Shown one piece after another: positions 1 to 11,889 of a stretch of 24,648 nt of DNA. Source of the DNA: an uncultured bacterium (GTDB lineage: Bacteria > Bacillota_I > Bacilli_A > Mycoplasmatales > Metamycoplasmataceae). The stretch is taken from positions 1,552-26,199 of the forward strand of contig CAKNAO010000001.1 in assembly GCA_929200685.1 (NCBI GenBank). Direction: 5' to 3'. Each line of letters begins with the position of its first letter. Position 1 is the stretch's first letter. Under the pieces are notes generated by a model that saw nothing but the letters and a program-made list of their open reading frames with translations, searched no databases and had not been told where the DNA came from. Position numbers and translations under genes: made by a program.

Positions 1-1341
1 TTTTTGATTGGATAATCATTCTTTTTCAAAATTTAAATATTCATTTTTTGCTAAATTTAATTGATTTTTTGATTCATGAATTTCTTTTTTATGTTTTCGT
101 TTATAACTTTTAAATTCATCAATTAAAGCTTCATTTTTTAATTTTTTACCTTTTAATAATTCAATATTATTAATAATTTGATTTAATTCAGATTTATTAA
201 TTGAGTCTTTTGAAAAATTATCTAATTTTTCAAGAATTAATTTTGCTTCATTAATATGATTTGTTTTATCAATTTTAATTAATGTTTCTCTTAATTTCTC
301 TGAATTTGTAATTCATAATAAAAATTCAAAATATTTTTCAATTAATAATCTTTTTTCTTTATTTAAAGAGTATAAATATTCCAATTCTTCAATTTTTTCT
401 GCTTCAAAAATATCAATGATATCAAGTTTAATTTTTTTATTTCTTGTTTTATATTTTTTAATATCATTAAATAAAATTTTTTTCTTTTCTTTTTTTAGAA
501 ATTTAACAAGATTTTTAAGTTTTTTAATTTCAAGATGAATTTCTTTATTTTTTTTAGCATATTCTTTATCTAAATTAACTTCTTTATTAAAAACATTAAT
601 TGCTTTTTTTAGTTTTAGTTCATCTTTAGGAAGTTTATTTTTTTTATAATTTTGTTCTTGTTTTTTATAATTATTAAAAATTTGATCAAGAATTTTTATT
701 GAATAAGAAAGAATTTTTTCATTTGTTTTAAATCTTTTTTCAAATGTTGATGAATTAAAAATTGAAATAAATTCATGAAATTCATTTGGAGATTCAAATT
801 CAATTTTTTGAGAATTTAAAACTTCAATTAATTCTTTATAAAATTTAATTAATGTTTCATATTCATGTTTTTGATTATCAAATTCACCTTTTAATTGTGA
901 ATTTAAAAAATTATATTTAAAAACTCTTCTCGTTTCTTTTAAATTATCAAGTAATTTTTTTTCATTTGCTTTTAATTGACCTGAAGTAGAAAGAGCTTCT
1001 TTAAGAATTGAATAAACATTCATTTTATCATTTAGTGATGAATATGGATCTTGAAAAATCATTTGAACATTTGAAGTTAAATGTTTTCTTGTTTTTTTTG
1101 AAATTCTTTTGCCAGAAACATCAATTCCATTAACAACAATATTTCCATAATAATCTTCAACTAATTTAACAATAGATCTAGCAATTGTAGTTTTACCTGA
1201 ACCAGATTCACCAATTATTCCAATTGTTTCACCTTCATGCAAATCAAACGAAACTTTATCAACCGCTTTTATAACATTTTTATTATTAACAAAATATTTT
1301 TCTAAATTTTTAATTTGTATAATTTTTTTATTTTTTTTCAT
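1..1341 (-). CDS. oppF: Oligopeptide ABC transporter ATP-binding protein OppF (3' end runs off the window; large mycoplasma-type insertion)
   Basis: ATG at 1341 with SD AGGAG upstream. Walker A GESGSGKT and QMIFQDPYSSLN. The track stop at 313 is TGA (Trp), and the frame appears open to base 1 (checked at both ends of the extension). Last gene of the opp cluster. Confidence 0.93.
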
Positions 1342-2384
1342 TATTTAAAAACTCCTTTAAAAATTTTTATTTTATCAGTAGTAATTTTTGGCATTTTAAC
1401 TTTGGGTGCCTTTGGATGAAGCAATCATGTTGCAGCATAATGTTCATTTTTAATATGAAATAATGGTGGTTCTTTAATAAAATCTAATTCTACTGCATAA
1501 TCATTTCTTTTAGCAAATGGACAACCAGATGATAAAAATCTCATATCAGGAGGAGTACCAGGAATTGCATAAAGATCTTTAGATTTTGAATTTTCAGGAA
1601 TTGAAGAAAGTAATGCTCATGTATAAGGATGTCTTGGATCAGTAAATATATCTTTTATATTCCCTTTTTCAAGTATTTTACCAGCATACATTACATATAT
1701 AAAATCACATAATTTAGCAATAACACCAATATCATGTGAAATAAATATAATTGAAACATCATATTTTTCTTTAATTTGTTGAAATAAATTAAGAACTGAA
1801 GCTTGCACAACTGTATCAAGTGCAGTTGTTGGTTCATCAGCAACAATTAAATCAGGTTTGCACATTACAGCAGAAGCAACTACAATTCTTTGTTTCATTC
1901 CACCTGAAAATGTATGTGGATATTGATTAATAACTTTTTCAACATTTCTAATTCCAAAAGAATTTAATGTTTCAATAATTAATTTCATTCTTTCTTTTTT
2001 AGTTTTTAAATCTTTCCTATTTTTTTCTAATGTATCAAGAAGTTGTTTTTTAATTTTTCTTGTAGGATTCAAGGAAGTCATAGGATCTTGAGGAATATAA
2101 GAAATTCTTTTGCCACGAATTTGTGATCATGTTTTTTTATTTAAAGAATTTAAATTAACTTCTTTAAGTTGCAACTTATTTGCTGAAGAAATAGCATTAG
2201 AACCATTAAGATTTAGTAGTGATTTAATAGTAACAGATTTACCAGAACCAGATTCACCAACAATACCAACAATTTGACCTTTTTTAACTTTTAAATCAAT
2301 TCCTCTAATTATATTGATTATTTCATTTTTATTTTTAAAAGCAATTTCTAAATTTTCAACTTTTAAAATAAGATCTTTATTCAT
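1341..2384 (-). CDS. oppD: Oligopeptide ABC transporter ATP-binding protein OppD (347 aa, code 4)
   Basis: Track fragments 2127-2384 and 1617-2081 share a frame. Walker A GESGSGKS, QDPMTSLNP, FSGGMKQR, ADEPTTALD. TAA overlaps the oppF ATG (TAATG). Confidence 0.95.
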
Positions 2385-3490
2385 TAATGCACCTCCTTAG
2401 TTTCAAGGGCATCATTAACTCCGTTGGCAATGAATTGCATACTTATAGTAAGAACAAAAATAATTATTGTTGGAACTAATAAATTTAATCAATTGTCTAA
2501 ATTATTTCTAGCATCATTAATAATTACACCTAAATCAACTGAATCTGAAGAAACTAAACCTAAAAATGCTAAACCTGCTTGAGTAAATATAATATATGGG
2601 ATTCTTCTAATAAAATTAGATAGTATTCTACCTAGTACACTTGGAACAGCATGTTTAAATACTAATTTTGTTTTGGAAACACCAATTGTTTTAGCAGCAT
2701 GAATATAATCAAGATCTTTTACTTTTAAAACATACATTCTTGTTAAATAAACTGGACCAATTCAACCAATACTAATAAGAGCTCATGACAAAGCAAAAAA
2801 ACCTGTACCAAGAATAAATGACATTAAAATTAATCATACAAGTGATGGGATACCACTAAGAATATCTAAAAATCTCATAAAATATATATCAATTTTTGAA
2901 CCAGCATTAAAACCAATAAATGCTCCAATTGCAAATCCAATCGCAAATTCTATAGTAGTAACAAATAATGCTAATTTAAGTGAATTTAATAATCCAACTC
3001 AAACTCTTGTTCAATTATCTTGACCAAATGAATTTGTTCCTAAAATAAATGAAATTCTTTCAGAACCTTGATTAACAAATTTTGTTATATTTATTTTTCC
3101 AATAGTAACATCATCATTTAATTTATCAATCTTAAAATTTTCATCACCTAAAAGATTTTTTCATGTGATTTTATCAGTTTCTGTTTCAATCAATACTTCT
3201 TCTCAACCATCATTAATTATAGAAGGTAATCTATTGCCAATAATTTTTAATGTATCATTTGAAATTGGTTCATTAGCTTTAAATGGGGAAGTGAATAAAA
3301 TAACAAAAGCTGTTAAAACTAAAGCTAAAAAAACTAACATTGCTAATATTGTAACTTTTCTAGAAAATAATCTTTTAAAAAATTCTTGAAAATTAGTTGA
3401 GGGTTTACCTGAAAGTTGAATAATATTTTTTGCTTTACTACTAGATAATTTTAAAAGTTTTAATTCTTGTTCTGAAAGTTTTTTATTCAT
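2384..3490 (-). CDS. oppC: Oligopeptide ABC transporter permease OppC (368 aa)
   Basis: Fragments 3203-3490 and 2489-2737 share a frame. LGTNSFGQDNWTRVW and AAKTIGVS...HAVP (EAA-like) motifs, hydrophobic helices. TAATG overlap with oppD. Confidence 0.93.
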
Positions 3491-4544
3491 CTTTACCTTC
3501 TTTAATATTTATTTTTTGTTGTTTTTCTAATTCTTCTCTAGTCTTTGGGTCTAATCAAAATGTTTTTAATCTATTAATTAATTTTAAATTATTTGCAGAA
3601 GCAGTAGAATATCTAATTCTAGGATCAACTACAACATACATGACATCAACAATAATTCTTGTTATAGTAGCAATAAAACCAAAAAATAAAACATTAAACA
3701 TAATAACATTTGTTTCATTTTCACGAAGTGCTGCAACAATAACTGAAGAAGTACCAGGCACATTAAAAAATATTTCAATAATTAAAGAACTGCCTAATAA
3801 AACTATAAAACCTGGTATTAATAAACCTATTAAAGGAATTGCAGAATTTCGAACAACGTATCTTTTAAATATAATTCAAGAAGTTAAACCTTTACTTCTA
3901 GCATTTAAAATATAATCTGAATTTAAAATTGATTTAATTTCATTTCTTGTATAGTAAGTAAATCCTGATAAAGAAGTAATTGTAAGAACTAAAATAGGGG
4001 CAATAATTGATTTTAAATAATTATTTAATCCAAAAATTGAACTTTCTAAAAAACTTGTTTGAAGTCCAATATGAGGACCTAAAATTAAAATTATTGAACA
4101 AAGAACAAAACCTGGTATTGCCATAAACATTACAACTATAAAACTTATTAAATTATCAAGAAATTTACCTGAATTATAACCTGCAATATAACCAAGTGTA
4201 ATTCCTAAGATAGCACTAATAATAAATGAAGTACTTGTAATTATTGCAGTATCTCTTAATGGTTTAAAGAATAATTCAGGAATTGAATCTGCATCTGATT
4301 TTGTATAAATAGGACCAAAATTAAATTTTGTAAAAATTCCTTTTACATAATCTCAAAAACGTTCTAATGCAGGATTATCAAAACCATATTCTTTCCATTT
4401 TTGATTAAATAAATCTTCATTTTCAAATTGAGTAATATTAATTGGATACTCTTTTCTAGCATAAATTAAAAACCAAACTATAACAACAAGTGCTAATAAT
4501 GAAATAATTCCTAATATTAATCTTTTAAAAATATAATTTAACAT
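3483..4544 (-). CDS. oppB: Oligopeptide ABC transporter permease OppB (353 aa)
   Basis: Three track fragments share a frame. YIFKRL N-terminus, SDYILNARSKGL EAA loop, IIVDVMYVVVDPRIR C-terminal motif. 8-nt overlap with oppC. Confidence 0.93.
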
Positions 4545-4547
4545 TTT

Positions 4548-7349
4548 TTAGTCTCCTTCCACACTTCACTCTGCTAGATGAACATAACCACCTCTTGCTT
4601 GAGTTGCTTTTAATCATTTTTTTCAAATTGAAACTGATGAAGAATTTTTACCAATAATTAAATTATTTCTTGTTGTTGCAATTTGTATATTAATTCCATT
4701 TAATAAACTAAATTCATCCATAAATGCTTTTATTTTAGATTCATCATTTTCTAGTACAATTTGTTGAACACTAATAACTCATGCTTGAAATTTAACTTTT
4801 GCAATATCAGAAATAATTTTATTAATTTTAGATTCTCTTAAATTTTTAGTAGAACCTAATACAATATCAAGAAAAGTATTTGAAACTGAACTAACTGTTT
4901 TTGATAAATTTTGTTTTGTAACAAGATTTTCAAAAGGAGTAGTTATTTTGGGTTGAAGTTCACTTCATGTATAAAATGACTTATTATTAGCTTTATTACT
5001 TTCTATATTTTTTTTAATTTTATCTTGAAATTCATTTGAATTAACTAATTCATTGTATTTTTTCTTATAATAATCAGCCACTAATTTAACATGAGGATAT
5101 GTTTTAACTATATTTGAATTTTCATCTAAACTTGATAAATATGATAAATATTGAACTCCAGATTGAGCTCTTCTTGAACTACTATTAATTTTACCGGCTA
5201 ATGTTAAACCAAGAACACCAGAATAATCTGCGCCCCAACCAATATAATCATGCATACCTTTACCTACTATATTAGGATAAACTCATTTACTTCAATTTGG
5301 AATCATTTTATCTCTTGATTTATTTGGTTCATCTATAATTTTTATTTTATATCTTCCTAAATTAAGACCTTCTAAAGTGTTTGCTATATTTTTATAAGAA
5401 ATTTGATCATGTTCTTGTAAAAGACTTGTTCTCACAGGAAGAGCAAAACTAATTTCAACTTCTTTAGAACCACTACCAAAAATAGAATCTAAAAGTACTT
5501 TTAGTTCTTTTTCAACTTCATCATATCTATGAGATTTTCAAACTTCAATAGCATTTGAAATTTTTGAAACCCTATCAAAATTTAATTTACCATTTAATTC
5601 TCCCATTGAAACAGGTTTTTTAATATTAGGATCTCATTTAAGCATTGGAAGATTTGTATAACCTTTTTTTGTATAAAGATCAAGTATATTTTTTTTAACA
5701 CCTTTTTTAAGTTTAACAACTCCACCAGGAGCAGCAAATAAAGGTCAATATTGTCTTTTACCTTTAGAATTAATAACTGCAAATTGTTCTCAATTAATTG
5801 ATCCATGTATTAAACTTTTAAAAATAGCAGATTTTGTAAACATATGTTTATAAACTTCATTTGTTCCAACAAGATCAATTTCTTTAAGTTCATTAGATGT
5901 TTTGCCAAAAAGTATCTTTCTAAAGTTTTCATTATAATTATTTTGATATAAATACCTATTTGATTTAGTAATATTTGGCAACATTGCTCAATTAAGGGTA
6001 TGACTTGAATCTTTAACAGAAAAGTATTGACTTCTTACAATTGTATCACTATATTTTTTAAAAATTTCAATTCTATTAGAAGAAGGTAAATTATTAATAT
6101 AACTTTGATTAACAAAATATTGAACACCATTTTTAAACCTATTATATGCTTGTAATGGTGTACTATCATCAGAAGCAGATTTTGAAATAAATGTAGAATA
6201 TTTTAAAATTGCATTTTTATTATTTCTAATATCAGGAACAGCATAATGTAAGTTTTTCCTTACTTCAACAACTGTTCTTGTATTTTTAGAAACATAATAT
6301 GCCCCTGCATAAAGCATTTCATCAAATTTTCTACCATATTTATAAAATCCTAGTTTTCCTAAATTATTTGACTTTGGAAGTGAATAATAATCATTAGATA
6401 ATTGATCAATGTAAGAAGAAGGTACTGCTGAAAAAGCAGTGTTATGATCATTTAATAAAAATTCTCATCAAATTGTTGGTTGAGTTTCGCCTTCAAAATG
6501 AAAACTAACTTTTTTTGGTTCATTACTTGGTGCAATTTGTTCTTCATTAACAAGCTTACCATCTTCACTTAAACCAAAAAAATTCTGTCAAGGAAGACCA
6601 GCTATATCAAAAATATATGTATTATCTACATCACTATAATCAAAATGACCTTTTCTAACTTTATCAGTAAATCTTTTTTCAAAGGGACTTGTTTCTTTAA
6701 TAGAAATTGATTTTGTTCATCCAGCAACTTCATAGCGATATTCAGAAATTCAATGCAAAAGATTAATTCTTAAACCTCTTAAAAAATCTTTATTTGTAAC
6801 TTTATATTTTGTCTTTTCTCCTTTATGATTTACTCAATAATTATCATCTCTTAAAATAAAATCAAATTTTTTAATTTTTGAATTAGCTAATAATTCTTGA
6901 AATTTATTACTATTTATATTTTTAGGATTTAAAAGTTTTTGATCATTAGTCAAAGGTTTATCCTCATCAAAAATATGTTTAATTTCTTCATTTTCTTCAT
7001 TAACATAAGTAACTTCAATTGCTTTAGCTTGTTTTAATTTTAAATGTTTTTTTGATTGATTTGCTTTTGAATCTAATTTTTCATCTGTTCATTGTGAAAC
7101 AAGCCTTGCTTCTGCATCTTTAAAACCAGAATAAGACCTTGCAGAACTATATGGAACTGTTCCAAATCATTTAAGAGTATCATTACCTTCAGGTAAGTTT
7201 ATATGACTAACTAAATGTTTTCTATTACCAACTCATGATTTTGCAAAATTATCACTTCCTGAAAAATTGCTACATGAAATAGTAGTAACTAGAGGTATTA
7301 AAGTAATTGTAGAAGATAAAAGAATTTTTTTAAATTTTCTATTTTTCAT
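4548..7349 (-). CDS. oppA: OppA-type peptide-binding lipoprotein (933 aa)
   Basis: Frame read through with only TGA (Trp) interruptions. Basic N-terminus, hydrophobic stretch and lipobox (MKNRKFKKILLSSTITLIPLVTTISC). First gene of oppABCDF. Contains a YAGAYY motif typical of mycoplasma OppA. Confidence 0.88.
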
Positions 7350-7484
7350 TTTTTTTCCTTTGCTTAGACTAAATTTTCAACAATTAAAACAAAAAAAGTA
7401 TAAATTAATATTAAACTAAAAAATAGGACTTAAATTATGATTTTAGAAATATTAAAGTATAGATTTTTAATATTAATCATTAGT

Positions 7485-7493
7485 ATTATAACA
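7485..7493 (-). promoter_or_regulatory. Extended -10 promoter (TGTTATAAT), probably for the opp operon
   Basis: Exact TGnTATAAT on the minus strand, about 135 nt upstream of the oppA ATG. Confidence 0.6.
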
Positions 7494-7538
7494 TTAAAAA
7501 ATATTTTTTAGAACTTGTTATATTTAAAATATATTTTT

Positions 7539-8426
7539 TTAAATTTTAAAATTTTCAAATTCAATTGGAGGTTTAACTTTAAATTCAAGTTCTTTTTTAG
7601 TTTTTGGATGAATAAATTTTAATTTTAAAGCATGAAGTCTTTGTCCAAAATCATCAATTTTTGTACCATATGTAGGGTCTCCAATGATAGGGTGTTTTAT
7701 ATATGAAAGATGAACTCTAATTTGATGAGTTCTTCCTGTTTCTAATTCACATCTTACAAGTGTTTTATTTTCAAAAATTTTTTCTACATAAATATGAGTA
7801 ATTGCATTTTTTGAATTTTGTTTTTGAACAGACATTTTTTGTCTATTTTTTGGATCTCTACCAATTGGTAAATTTATATGAATAATTTCATTATTTATTT
7901 TACCCTTAATTCAAGCTAAATATACTCTTTTTACTTTGTGTTTTTTTATTTCCTCTGCTAAAAATTTATGAGCTTCATTATTTTTAGCAACAACCAAAAG
8001 ACCAGAAGTATCTTTATCAATTCTATGAACAATTCCAGGTCTAATTAAACCATTAATATTTGAAAGATTTTTAAATCTATAAAGCAATGCATTAACTAAA
8101 GTGCCAGTATTATGACCTGGTGCTGGATGAACTATCATCCCACTTTTTTTATTAATTATTATAATGTCTTCATCTTCATAAACAACATCAATAGGAATAT
8201 TTTCAGGTTTAGCATTAATTTCTTTTTTAACAAAATTATTTATTAAAATTTCATTATTTTTATTAACAATAAAATTTGGTTTTCTTACTAAAATTCCATT
8301 TACAAAAATTGCATGATTTTCAATACCTTTTTTAATATCATTTCTTGAAAAATTAGAATTTTTTGCAATGTATTTATCAATTCTTTCTTTTTTATTAACA
8401 ATTAATATTTTTTTAAAACTTTTCAT
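7539..8426 (-). CDS. rluD: RluA/RluD-family 23S rRNA pseudouridine synthase (295 aa)
   Basis: N-terminal S4-like domain (ERIDKYIA), catalytic GIVHRIDKDTSGL, LETGRTHQIRVH. Two fragments are joined across TGA at 7911. Confidence 0.9.
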
Positions 8427-8461
8427 AAAAAAATTATAAATAAAAAATAATTTTCTTTTTT

Positions 8462-9877
8462 TTAAAGAACATATTCATCAATTGAATCATTTTCAACTAC
8501 TAAATATTTATCACCAGGTTTTGCACCATATTTAAAAACTACTTTTTTTGCCTCTGCATGATTTGCTTTAATAATTGCAAAATTTTCAACATTTATATCC
8601 ATAAAAACTGAAAATGTTATTCCAAATTGAGTTGTTTGTTTTGGATCATTAGTAACTCCTAAAATATTTGTGTTTGGTCTTAATTTTGCAATTTGAGTTA
8701 AAAGTTTTCCTGTTCTTGAAAGAACAACTGTAAATTTATATTCACCATTTTTTGCTTTATTTGTTACAAGTTTTGCAATTTCTTCTCTTTTATTTTTTGG
8801 TTTTGGTAAATCTTTTAAATAATTAAAATAATAATTTTTATTAAAAAATTCTTTTTCAGCCCTTTCATTGATAGTTGACATTATTCTTGTTGTAATAATT
8901 GGATATTTTCCAATAGCTGTTTCACCTGAAAGCATTGTAGCATCAGCACCAAGTTCAGTTGCATGATAAACATCAGTAACTTCACTTCTTGTTGGTGAAG
9001 GATTTTTCTCCATTGAATCAAGCATTTGAGTAGCAACAATTACTGGTTTTCCAACTTTTCTAGATTTTCTAATAATCATTTTTTGTTCAACTGGAACTTC
9101 ATAATATGGAATTTCAAGCCCAAGATCACCACGAGCAATCATAATACCATCAGCAGATTCTAAAATTTCATCTAAATTGTCAACTCCATATTGAGATTCA
9201 ATTTTTGCAAAAATTTGAATATAAGTAGCATTTTCTTTTTTTAAAATAGTTCTTATTTCTTCAACATTTTCTTTTGAATTTACAAATGAAGCAGCTATAA
9301 AATCAATTCCCAATTTAATTCCAAATTTAATATCATTGTAATCTTTTTTTGCTAAAAAAGGCATTGAAAATTTTGTTCCTGGTAAATTAATACGTTTATT
9401 AGTTTTGATTATATGAGAATTTTGGGTCTCAACATTAATTAAACCTGGTTCAACATCAATAACTTTTAATTTAAGTTTTCCATCATCTACTAATATATAT
9501 TTACCTGGTTTTAAATCTTTTGACATATCATATGAAACAGTTAATTGGGTATTACTGCATATTTTATTTTTATATGAATTATTATCAGTAAATATTTGTA
9601 TTTTTTGATTAGCATTAAATAATTGTTCACCATCTTTCATTTTTCCAATTCTTATTTCTGGTCCTTTTGTATCCAAAAGAATAGAAAGTGGTAATTGTGT
9701 TTCTTTAATTATTTCTTTAGCATATTTAATTCTTTGACCTTGTTTTTCATAATCACCATGTGAAAAATTCAATCTAATAGTAGTTACTCCAGCATCAAAC
9801 AATTCTTTTATTATTTCTTTTTTTTCTGATGAAGGTCCAATTGTTGCTATTAATTTTGATCTTTTTTTTGTATTCAT
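8462..9877 (-). CDS. pyk: Pyruvate kinase (471 aa)
   Basis: IATIGP, RLNFSHG, DTKGPEIR, AKIE, ARGDLG, ATQMLDSM, LSGETAIG motifs. SD AGGAG. Confidence 0.98.
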   Translation of the reverse strand: MNTKKRSKLIATIGPSSEKKEIIKELFDAGVTTIRLNFSHGDYEKQGQRIKYAKEIIKETQLPLSILLDTKGPEIRIGKMKDGEQLFNANQKIQIFTDNNSYKNKICSNTQLTVSYDMSKDLKPGKYILVDDGKLKLKVIDVEPGLINVETQNSHIIKTNKRINLPGTKFSMPFLAKKDYNDIKFGIKLGIDFIAASFVNSKENVEEIRTILKKENATYIQIFAKIESQYGVDNLDEILESADGIMIARGDLGLEIPYYEVPVEQKMIIRKSRKVGKPVIVATQMLDSMEKNPSPTRSEVTDVYHATELGADATMLSGETAIGKYPIITTRIMSTINERAEKEFFNKNYYFNYLKDLPKPKNKREEIAKLVTNKAKNGEYKFTVVLSRTGKLLTQIAKLRPNTNILGVTNDPKQTTQFGITFSVFMDINVENFAIIKANHAEAKKVVFKYGAKPGDKYLVVENDSIDEYVL

Positions 9878-9935
9878 TTATTTTCTCCTAAAATATAACT
9901 TTTATAATTAAAATTTTAACACTTAAAAATAATTA

Positions 9936-10907
9936 CTAAATTTGATTTATTTTATTAATTTTTTCAGTTAAATTTTTTCTACTTTTTCTTTTAATGTTTA
10001 ATGATTCAGGAATTGGAGTTGAAACAACTTTTCCATTAAGCATTCCAAGTGCAATTCCAGACTTACCTTTATAAAGAAGATCTACTGATTTTATTCCCAT
10101 TAATGTTGTCATAATTCTTTCTCCAGCAGTAGGTTTTCCCCCTCTTTGAATGTGAGAAAGAGAAATTTCTCTAGTGATAATACCTGATTTTTTTTCCACT
10201 TCTTTTCTTAAAGCATATAAATCATCAAAAATATTTTCTGAAACTGTAATAATTGTTGATCTTTTACCTTTTTTAATCATTTGTTCTTTAATTACTTTGG
10301 CAATATCATCAATAGTTTTGGGATTTTCTTTAGTGACAATTAACTCAGAACCAGTTGCAATTCCAGAAAATAATGCAAGATCACCACAACCACGTCCCAT
10401 AACTTCAACAATTGCAACTCTTCTATGAGATTTCATTGTATCTCTAATTTTTTCAATAGCATGAACAATTGTGTTTAATGCAGTATCATAACCAATTGTA
10501 AAATCAGTTGAACTTATATCATTGTCAATTGTTCCAGGTAGTGCAATAGTTTTAACTCCAAGTTCATGTAAAAGTTGAGCACCTTTATAAGAACCATCAC
10601 CACCGATTACAACAAGAGCATCAATTTCTTTTTCATCAAGTTTTGATTTAGCAATTTTTCTAATTTTTAATTTTTTAAATTGAGGAAATCTAGTTGAACC
10701 AATAATAGTTCCTCCATTTGCAAAATTTTCATCTAAATCTATCTTACTTGAAAGAACAAAATCTCCTTTATAGAGTCCACTATAACCTTCTTTTACTAAA
10801 AAAGTTTCAATTCCATGAACTTCTGCTTTTTTAACAATTGCTCTAATCGCACTATTCATACCTGGTGCATCTCCACCAGAAGTTAAAATTGCTATTTTTT
10901 TTATCAT
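9936..10907 (-). CDS. pfkA: ATP-dependent 6-phosphofructokinase (323 aa)
   Basis: TSGGDAPGMN, GGDGS, PGTIDND, EVMGR, HIQRGG motifs. SD GGAGG. Standard pfkA-pyk order. Confidence 0.98.
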   Translation of the reverse strand: MIKKIAILTSGGDAPGMNSAIRAIVKKAEVHGIETFLVKEGYSGLYKGDFVLSSKIDLDENFANGGTIIGSTRFPQFKKLKIRKIAKSKLDEKEIDALVVIGGDGSYKGAQLLHELGVKTIALPGTIDNDISSTDFTIGYDTALNTIVHAIEKIRDTMKSHRRVAIVEVMGRGCGDLALFSGIATGSELIVTKENPKTIDDIAKVIKEQMIKKGKRSTIITVSENIFDDLYALRKEVEKKSGIITREISLSHIQRGGKPTAGERIMTTLMGIKSVDLLYKGKSGIALGMLNGKVVSTPIPESLNIKRKSRKNLTEKINKINQI

Positions 10908-10964
10908 CTATAAACCTCCTTTAAACTTAATTTACTAATGATAAAATTATAATATAAGAATTTA

Positions 10965-11696
10965 TTATTTATTTTTAATTATCTTTTCTAAATATTTTGA
11001 ACATTTAACATATGGATCACTTTCTAAAAAATGTTTTTTTGGATCTGAAGCATTGTTAATTTCTTCAATAATTCCATTTTTTTTCCTTTTTATAAATTCT
11101 TTATATGTATCTTTATCATATTGAATAAAATCTTTGTATGATTTTTTTTTATTATAAATTTCATTAAATACTTTATTAACTTTTGGTTTAAATTTATTTT
11201 TAACACTAATTTCTCCAATTGAAAGCCCAAGAATTGAATATGCATTTTTGGGAATATTTAATTTTTTATTAATTTCATCCCCATAACTTTGAATTCCTCC
11301 AACCATGCTTGTTCCATAACCCATTTCTATAGCAGCATTCATAGTATAAGCGCATGCAATTGTAGCATCAATAATTGCTTTTAAAGAATCAAAATAAATA
11401 GTTTTTTGATTTTTTTTAATATTATTATTTTCATTAATTTTTGTTAATCTATATCTATCAGCAACAAATAAAACAAAAGCAGCAGCATTTTTAATGTGTG
11501 ATTGATTTCAATTTTTTCTTGAAATTCAATCAAGAGTTTTTTGATTCCTTATGATTATTGCGCTAAAAAGTTGGTGGTTTTCTGAAGTTGGAGAATTATT
11601 AATTATTTTTGAAAGTAATTCAACATCTTTATCAATCATTTTTTTGCCAGTAAATTTTTTAATTGAACTTCTATTTAAATATTTTTCCATTTTCAT
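10965..11696 (-). CDS. Nitroreductase family (NfsA/Frp-like) FMN-dependent oxidoreductase (243 aa)
   Basis: Extends upstream of the track ORF through TGA codons. LNRSSIKKF, SPTSENHQLFS, IDATIA...AAIEMGYGTSMVGGI motifs. An alternative ATG exists at 11690. Confidence 0.85.
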
Positions 11697-11716
11697 ATAA
11701 AAATTATATATGAATT

Positions 11717-11746
11717 AAAAAAACACCCTTAATAGGTGGGTGTTTT
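11717..11746 (-). terminator. Intrinsic terminator downstream of tRNA-Leu
   Basis: Minus strand reads AAAACACCC-9 nt loop-GGGTGTTTT, running into a T tract, 6 nt after the tRNA CCA. Confidence 0.75.
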
Positions 11747-11752
11747 CACATA

Positions 11753-11838
11753 TGGTGCCCAAGACTGGACTTGAACCAGCACGACCTAACGATCGGGGGA
11801 TTTTAAGTCCCCTGCGTCTACCATTCCGCCACTTGGGC
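11753..11838 (-). tRNA. trnL: tRNA-Leu (anticodon UAA), class II with long variable arm and encoded CCA
   Basis: GCCCAAG/CTTGGGC acceptor stem. GGGGA-CTTAAAA-TCCCC anticodon arm. CGATC-GTTA-GGTCG variable arm. GCTGG-TTCAAGT-CCAGT T arm. Ends in ACCA. Confidence 0.97.
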
Positions 11839-11858
11839 ATAATAAAATATGCTAAATA

Positions 11859-11889
11859 ATTATACAAAAAAATTATTTCTTTCTTTCAA
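11859..11889 (-). promoter_or_regulatory. Putative sigma70 promoter for tRNA-Leu (TTGAAA-19 nt-TATAAT)
   Basis: -10 TATAAT at 11859-11864. -35-like TTGAAA at 11884-11889 lies inside the metG 3' end. The spacer is slightly long. Confidence 0.5.

Noticed and set aside
3165-3915. Plus-strand ORFs 3165-3389 and 3640-3915
   Set aside because: They are antisense shadows of oppC and oppB, with no motifs or translation signals.
5594-5806. Alternative-frame minus ORF inside oppA
   Set aside because: It is fully nested in the continuous oppA frame, short, and has no homology cues.
7448-7474. CIRCE heat-shock operator
   Set aside because: It has the 9-9-9 geometry, but the sequence does not match TTAGCACTC-N9-GAGTGCTAA.
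8429-8454. AT-only inverted repeat after pyk as a terminator (similar repeats at 18551-18620 and 24621-24638)
   Set aside because: It has no G-C pairs, is expected by chance at this AT content, and would be thermodynamically weak.
11753-11838. tRNA-Leu as an integration site for an island
   Set aside because: There is no integrase and I saw no duplicated tRNA 3' end. The flanking genes are housekeeping with similar composition.
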